DNA of 17,590 bases, from positions 1-17,590 of the forward strand of contig CAYUTF010000070.1 in assembly GCA_964447495.1 (NCBI GenBank). Direction: 5' to 3'. This stretch comes from an uncultured archaeon (GTDB lineage Archaea > Asgardarchaeota > Lokiarchaeia > Sigyniarchaeales > SOKP01). The position numbers were made by a program, and so were the translations under genes. Below, piece after piece: positions 15,874-17,590 of the stretch. Each line of letters begins with the position of its first letter. Position 1 is the stretch's first letter. A model generated the notes under the pieces. It had not been told where the DNA came from. It saw nothing but the letters and a program-made list of their open reading frames with translations, and did not search any database.

Positions 15874-17292
15874 TTGATTATTATGGTATATTTCCAAGTT
15901 AGTAGAATCGGATTTAATTGTGGTTATGAAAGAGAAAATTGTGATTCTTATCCAGATCGTTGTAGAGAATGTATAACCTCATATTTTGCAAAAGTTGGTA
16001 TTGACGCGAACCAAAATATGAAGTTATTTGAAATGGATTCAGAAGAAAAACGAGTTCAGATGCAGCAAACCTTAATCTGGTATAAATTTTTAGATGTTTT
16101 AAACATAAAGCATATTATTTTGATAACTAAAGACTCTGGGCTTCTTATAGTGGATTATCCTGTCTCAAGTGAAGAGTTAAATGTTGATGTATTAATAGGT
16201 TTCATACAAGCGAACATTTTTTTTTCTACTTCAAGAGCAAATTTCGAATCAAGAGCAGTAGATGGAAGCTCAGGAAAAACTGGAGCAAGTACTATGAAGA
16301 ATCATAAGCTTTATGAGTTTCAATATGAGACGTTTAATATCCTCTTAAAAAGCGGTAAAAATATTGAGGTATGCTTGGTATTAGATCAAAAAGCAGCACC
16401 TAGTTTGAAGGAACGTTTATCTGAATTCTTGGATGAGTATGAACAAACATATCAAAAAAAAATTGAAATCCTATTAAGAACTGGGATGCTCAATTTTGAA
16501 GATACTATCAATTTTATAATAGATTTTTTCAACATCAAACTTGTTTTTCCCATGGTCCTTACTCATACTTTATTACCAAGCGATTTAAATACAATTAATA
16601 AAAATCCCATCCAAAAAGCTATAATCGATTTTGCGAATGAACTATTAGTATCAAAGAAGTTCTTCTTCATCAATAATCTTTTTAATAAGGTTAAATCTGT
16701 ACTTAATTCTGACCCATATATCATAATGTATGAAATTTATCAATTTTTGGAGAAAAACATTATCATTCCTTCGAATCTTGAACTGGTAGAAAAGGAAGTA
16801 AGGAAATTTAATGAAGTTCGCGCAAAACGGATTGCTGAAAATGAATTAATATCACCCATAATTGCAAACGATGAGGCAATAATTGATATAAAAGAAAAAG
16901 CGCGTACTTTGGATGCTGAGGAAGCTAAGAAGTTGATGAATATGTATGTTAAAAAAGGGGAAACAGCGGAAAAAGCATTAGTTTATAAAGAAGCGCAAAA
17001 GGAATATGAAAAAGCTCTCTATTTAGCGACAGGATTTAACTTTGAGTTAGATATTGGCAGAATATCATTCATGGTTCTCGAACTTGACAAAAAGATTAAA
17101 ACACTCGAAATAGAGTATGCATTAGAAGCGGGAGAAAAAGCAGAAAAGAAAAAAGATTACTATAATGCAATTCAACACTTTCAGCAGGCTATTATTTTTT
17201 TGAACGATGATGGTATGATAAATGCAAATGGGAATGAAACAAAATTAATAAAATTAGAAAAACGAATTGTATATCTCCAAAAACAACACTAA
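15874..17292 (+). CDS. Multidomain protein: N-terminal Cys cluster, longin-like domain, helical middle region, C-terminal TPR-like repeats
   Basis: CX6CX6CX2C at the N-terminus. Longin-like IKHIILITKDSGLLI, DVLIGFIQA and RLSEFLDEYEQTY. Two repeats, GETAEKALVYKEAQKEYEKAL and GEKAEKKKDYYNAIQHFQQAI. Likely start is the ATG at 15883. Confidence 0.75.
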   Translation: MIIMVYFQVSRIGFNCGYERENCDSYPDRCRECITSYFAKVGIDANQNMKLFEMDSEEKRVQMQQTLIWYKFLDVLNIKHIILITKDSGLLIVDYPVSSEELNVDVLIGFIQANIFFSTSRANFESRAVDGSSGKTGASTMKNHKLYEFQYETFNILLKSGKNIEVCLVLDQKAAPSLKERLSEFLDEYEQTYQKKIEILLRTGMLNFEDTINFIIDFFNIKLVFPMVLTHTLLPSDLNTINKNPIQKAIIDFANELLVSKKFFFINNLFNKVKSVLNSDPYIIMYEIYQFLEKNIIIPSNLELVEKEVRKFNEVRAKRIAENELISPIIANDEAIIDIKEKARTLDAEEAKKLMNMYVKKGETAEKALVYKEAQKEYEKALYLATGFNFELDIGRISFMVLELDKKIKTLEIEYALEAGEKAEKKKDYYNAIQHFQQAIIFLNDDGMINANGNETKLIKLEKRIVYLQKQH

Positions 17293-17590
17293 AAATATGG
17301 GCTTCTAGAATATTCCTAAATTATATTCATGGTTATGGATATGGTGTTATAGACCTCTGTCTGTAAATATTTATGATGGGGATAAATCCTATAAAAAGGC
17401 AGATGAAGATATAAAAAATCGAATAATTCAATAGAAAATACTTTTTATTTTACCGTTTCATTCTCATAAAACCACAAAATATTAATTTTATACTACATGA
17501 ATATATTCACTATACTTCGTCTGTTAAACAGGTGTTAAATTATTTTTAAATTATATCATATTACAGCGAAAGTGGAAATTCCTCCATTCT

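Noticed and set aside
1-17590. CRISPR arrays, tRNA/rRNA, IS elements, defence or prophage genes
   Set aside because: No regularly spaced repeats, cloverleaf or rRNA-like GC-rich tracts, or transposase, integrase or nuclease motifs were seen by eye. A covariance-model scan was not possible.

Overview
AT-rich, gene-dense prokaryotic chromosomal segment with 16 credible CDSs. I saw no rRNA, tRNA, CRISPR array or transposase. Gene content points to an Asgard archaeon, probably Lokiarchaeia-like (inference from content, not from a search). The eukaryotic-signature-type genes are a Rab-like small GTPase with no prenylation tail, two Roadblock/LAMTOR-type proteins, and three longin-like domains: one stand-alone, one fused to the C-terminus of an MFS-like multi-pass membrane protein, and one in a Cys-cluster/longin/TPR-like protein. 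Interspersed housekeeping genes encode a GH3 beta-glucosidase, a haloalkane-dehalogenase-like hydrolase, a membrane M28 peptidase, a DUF362-ferredoxin, a HAD-IIA phosphatase, a CTP-dependent isoprenoid/lipid kinase and a URO-D/MtaA-family protein. The best candidate for an undescribed system is the co-oriented run MFS-longin fusion / Roadblock / longin-TPR near a Rab-like GTPase, which may be a transporter-coupled (transceptor) GTPase-signalling module. A second candidate is a CDF metal-transporter core with non-canonical metal ligands between two winged-helix-like domains. All family calls come from motif recognition by eye.
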